From: Candidatus Omnitrophota bacterium
GTDB taxonomy: Bacteria > Omnitrophota > Omnitrophia > Omnitrophales > Aquincolibacteriaceae
Direction of reading: 5' to 3'
DNA: 30,050 nucleotides
NCBI GenBank assembly: GCA_041653795.1
Contig: JBAZER010000027.1
Span: forward strand, 1-30,050
Shown here: piece by piece, positions 27,233 to 30,050 of the stretch
Layout of the letters: every line of letters begins with the position of its first letter
Position numbering within the stretch: the stretch's first letter is position 1
The notes under the pieces: generated by a model
Databases searched by the model: none
What the model was told of the DNA's origin: nothing
Seen by the model: only the letters and a program-made list of their open reading frames with translations
Made by a program: the position numbers and the translations under genes

Positions 27233-27964
27233 CTACTTCTTGTCCGCAAGCTCCTGAAGAGTTTTTCTGAAATAGGCCTCGGCGCCCCGAATGTACTGCT
27301 CTTCCGGGATGAGGGGTTTTTCGAGCTCTTCCTGAAGCTGGCTGGAAATCCGGCCGGTTTTCACGACCTCCTCGCCGGCCCTGCGAAGCAGTTCTTTGTA
27401 ATGACGGACCGGAAGCCAGGACCAGAAAGATTTCTTGGACAGAATGGTCCCGCCGCCGCGATAGATTTCGGCAACGAGCTCCGTATTCATGTTCCGTGCA
27501 ATTCTCCGGAAAAGAAGCTTCAGGACCTGGAAGTGGCTCTGTTCCGGGAAACCGCAGTTCGAGATCACCGCGATCTTGGGAATCTTTGCAAGATCGACCC
27601 TGTGCCGGCACTCTCCGCCCGTATCTTTCTCAAAATAGGGCTCGGCCGTCGGGATCATACGATCCATAAAATTCTTCATAATACCCGTCACGTTATCCAC
27701 ATAAAGAGGCGTGGCAAAAACGACAAGATCGGAACTTCCCAGTTTGGGGAGCAGCTCCGCCATGTCATCCTGAATGGCACACTTGCCGGGCGTTTTAAGC
27801 CAGCAGGCATAGCACCCAGTGCAGGAATGGATCTTCTTGTGCGCGAGAAAAACGTTTTCGGTTTCCGCGCCGGCCCCGCGCGCCCCTTCAAGGAACGCCT
27901 GGACCATTACGTCCGTGTTCCCTCTTTCCGCCTGCGGACTCCCGTTAAATACTGTGATCTTCAT
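27233..27964 (-). CDS. Iron-sulfur flavoprotein (Isf) / NADPH-dependent FMN reductase-like flavodoxin-fold protein with a CX2CX2CX7C cluster motif
   Basis: MKITVFNGSP flavodoxin-like start; HSCTGCYACWLKTPGKC cysteine motif typical of the Isf family; start set at the internal Met. Confidence 0.7.
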   Translation of the reverse strand: MKITVFNGSPQAERGNTDVMVQAFLEGARGAGAETENVFLAHKKIHSCTGCYACWLKTPGKCAIQDDMAELLPKLGSSDLVVFATPLYVDNVTGIMKNFMDRMIPTAEPYFEKDTGGECRHRVDLAKIPKIAVISNCGFPEQSHFQVLKLLFRRIARNMNTELVAEIYRGGGTILSKKSFWSWLPVRHYKELLRRAGEEVVKTGRISSQLQEELEKPLIPEEQYIRGAEAYFRKTLQELADKK

Positions 27965-28208
27965 AAGCATTTTTTCCCTCGCCTTGTCCGGCTTTTTGCA
28001 CAACCTGCGTCGGATTCTCTTTATTCGCTTCGTCAGAGTCCGTCAGCTTCTTCGCCGCCCGCCGTGCCGTGACAGCTCTCCTCGCGGCCCTTATCCCCAT
28101 AATGGCATCACTGGACGGTACGTCTACCACAAACATTGCCGTCATAACCCCCAACAAAACCACCTCCAGCATTCTTCTCATTCTCTTACCTCCATTACTT
28201 TTTTTTAT

Positions 28209-28375
28209 CTATTCTTCTACAATTACCGCGAAGCCTTTTTCCACCAACTGTTGATTGACATAAACCCCGTTCACAAACACGTCAGCCAGGTAGCGGTCGT
28301 ACTTGCACTCGCGCCCTAATGTCCCGAGTACTACCCGGCGAGTTTTGGACAACTCGTCCTGGGTTGTCCGACTTG
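28209..28375 (-). pseudogene. Truncated duplicate of the 3' end of the neighbouring nuclease gene (encodes ...KYDRYLADVFVNGVYVNQQLVEKGFAVIVEE*). It has no start codon and lacks a ~75-bp segment present in the intact gene
   Basis: Translating the minus strand gives 31 aa nearly identical to the C-terminus of the 28390..29691 product; DNA blocks CCCGAGTACT and GGCGAGTTTTGGACAACTCG are repeated. Confidence 0.5.
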
Positions 28376-28389
28376 TTGCTGGCTCCAGA

Positions 28390-29691
28390 TTATTCCGCTA
28401 CTTTGACAGCGTAGCCTTCATCGAGCAGTTTTTGGTTCACGTACACACTGCTCACAAAAACATCCGCCAAGTAGCGGTCGTATTTATCTGACTTCACGGT
28501 TTTGATGAGGATCGGCGAATTTTTTCCAAGCATCTTCTCAAGCGCCTTCTTCGCTCCCATGCCGTCCGCCGTCGCGATCTCAGGCGCGTCAATTCCGCGC
28601 AGGCGAAGCTTTTGGACTGTCCGGAACCCGAAACCGAGATCCACAACAGCCTTGATCGTGTCGCCATCAATGACTTCGAGGACTTTGATTTCATAAGTAT
28701 ACCCGGGCTCAGTAGCCCGAGTACTGCCCGTCTCGACTTTTGCCTTCTCTTTATAAATGGCAGTCGGGACGGCCCCAATCTCCGCTGCGCTACGATTGAT
28801 AGGTATTGAGACCGGCGAGTTTTGGACAACTCGCCCGGGGCTGTAAAGCTCTAGGGAATATTTCCCATTTGGGTCTTGAGAGGAGGTGACGACATCCCCT
28901 TCTTTGAAGGCCTTTGTGTCGGCCACGACTTCTGACAGTCGAAGGTAATTCGAGAACCCAAGATCGAGGACTCGCTCACTTTCTTCAGTACCGCAGACTA
29001 CGCGGTACGTGTGCGGAATGCCGGGTTTGGCCGTGAGTTTGGCTTCTTTTTTTGGGACTTGCATCCCATTTCTTGCGGCTTTGCGCTTTCTTACTTCGGC
29101 ACGAACTTGATCCTGCGTCCAGTTCTCCTTCGCTGCTTTTTCTTCCAGCTCGGCACGTTCATCAGGGTCATTCACGGAAAGGAGTGTTTCATAGTTGGCC
29201 CAGCTTAATTTTCCGGGCGCCCGGAAATTCGGGTAAGTGCGGGCGAACTGAAGCATGTAGTAGAGCTCGGTATCACTCATACCCAGATCTTTGGATAATC
29301 TTAAGATCACCTGTTTGCCGTAATCGGCGCGCTCTTTGTGCTGAAGCACATGCGCATCAATGAGTCTGCCGATCTCCCAGGCCTCACGCACGCGTTCCTG
29401 TTCCACGGCCTTCTCGACACGGGCACGGCTCTCAGTCCGCGCCCCGCGAATCGCAGTAAGTAATTGATCATAAGTTCCAACTTTGGTCGCGGACACTGTA
29501 GACGATTGCCCCAAATCGTCACTGCGTCGTGCCTGTTCACCGCGTTTTTCAGCGGTCCCTGTGGGATTGCGAACAGGCGAAGTTTGAACCTGCGCCGCAA
29601 ACCCCAAGGAAACACACTGGAAGAATAGAAGGAAGGAAATAACTGCAAGCCTAGCCACATCACGAATCAACATAGGTCTATAACCTTTCAA
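28390..29691 (-). CDS. Secreted or membrane-anchored two-domain nuclease. It has an N-terminal hydrophobic signal/anchor, a YhcG_N (DUF1016)-like domain (LSWANYETLL..NDPDER...ENWTQDQV) and a C-terminal staphylococcal/thermonuclease (SNase) domain (VIDGDTIKAV...LRLRGIDAPE...DKYDRYLADV)
   Basis: Motif-level matches to the N-terminal domain of the YhcG family and to the SNase catalytic region; 433 aa. Confidence 0.7.
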   Translation of the reverse strand: MKGYRPMLIRDVARLAVISFLLFFQCVSLGFAAQVQTSPVRNPTGTAEKRGEQARRSDDLGQSSTVSATKVGTYDQLLTAIRGARTESRARVEKAVEQERVREAWEIGRLIDAHVLQHKERADYGKQVILRLSKDLGMSDTELYYMLQFARTYPNFRAPGKLSWANYETLLSVNDPDERAELEEKAAKENWTQDQVRAEVRKRKAARNGMQVPKKEAKLTAKPGIPHTYRVVCGTEESERVLDLGFSNYLRLSEVVADTKAFKEGDVVTSSQDPNGKYSLELYSPGRVVQNSPVSIPINRSAAEIGAVPTAIYKEKAKVETGSTRATEPGYTYEIKVLEVIDGDTIKAVVDLGFGFRTVQKLRLRGIDAPEIATADGMGAKKALEKMLGKNSPILIKTVKSDKYDRYLADVFVSSVYVNQKLLDEGYAVKVAE

Positions 29692-30050
29692 TGCTTATCC
29701 CTCACCACCGGACGCGCCGGACAGTGTCCGGTTTACGCATAGTTACTCCGCCCAAAGTTCGTCCGCAACGGTCTTGGTTAATGGCCTTTTATATTCCTTG
29801 GATTCCCCTTTTGCATATATAAATATTTCTGACTGATCCAAAAGCAAAGCATCGTTCTGATCCCTTTTTAGATTAACAAGCTCGAGTTTGGCACTTTTTA
29901 GGTGATCAATGATGGTAACGGCTTCAAATAAAATGGCTTCCGGCCGAAATCTCCTTTGGAGACCAATCCAAGGAGGGCGCGGAAGCCATGAGAACTTATG
30001 TTCCCAGAAAAGTTTCGTCTTGTCTCGCGAATTTCTTGAGAGCCGTTACC

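Noticed and set aside
28494-28829. 111-aa minus-strand ORF
   Set aside because: Alternative frame inside the SNase-domain coding region; Arg/Ser-rich

Overview
This 30 kb window is a bacterial chromosomal segment in which every convincing gene lies on the minus strand, about 25 in a row. Many genes sit a few bp apart or overlap by 4 bp (ATGA). Reading in the direction of transcription, from high to low coordinates, the contents are: a secreted YhcG_N(DUF1016)-staphylococcal-nuclease fusion protein with a partial duplicate of its 3' end beside it; an iron-sulfur flavoprotein; a XerD-type tyrosine recombinase; a small secreted coiled-coil protein; tRNA-Glu(CUC); an 11-gene run purB-purC-purS-purQ-purL-purF-purM-purD-purE that starts 33 nt after the tRNA; a flotillin; a fused TsaC(YrdC)-LMW phosphatase; rpiB; glyA; nrdR; a stand-alone SWIB/MDM2 protein; a membrane coiled-coil protein; aroA; the cell-shape cluster mreB-mreC-mreD-mrdA(PBP2)-rodA; and tRNA-Pro(UGG). 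The most interesting signals are non-coding. First, a 100-bp MITE is present in three identical copies, each with imperfect terminal inverted repeats, a central 26-bp perfect palindrome and a 5-bp target-site duplication; two copies sit inside the pur operon. Second, an ~85-bp two-hairpin module (arms CCTGATTTC/GAAATCAGG, loop GATTYTTTT) lies upstream of both tRNAs, is tandemly duplicated upstream of tRNA-Glu with compensatory base changes, and has relatives as tandem repeats in the nrdR-SWIB spacer. Third, a 40-bp nested dyad is shared by the regions upstream of the tRNA-Glu/purB unit and of purF, making it a candidate purine-operon operator. Fourth, a ~300-bp ORF-free, hairpin-rich islet is bracketed by a 24-bp direct repeat of the tRNA-Pro 3' end and by two intrinsic terminators. 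All coordinates for non-ORF features were read by eye and may be off by 1-2 nt. Nothing here was searched against databases.
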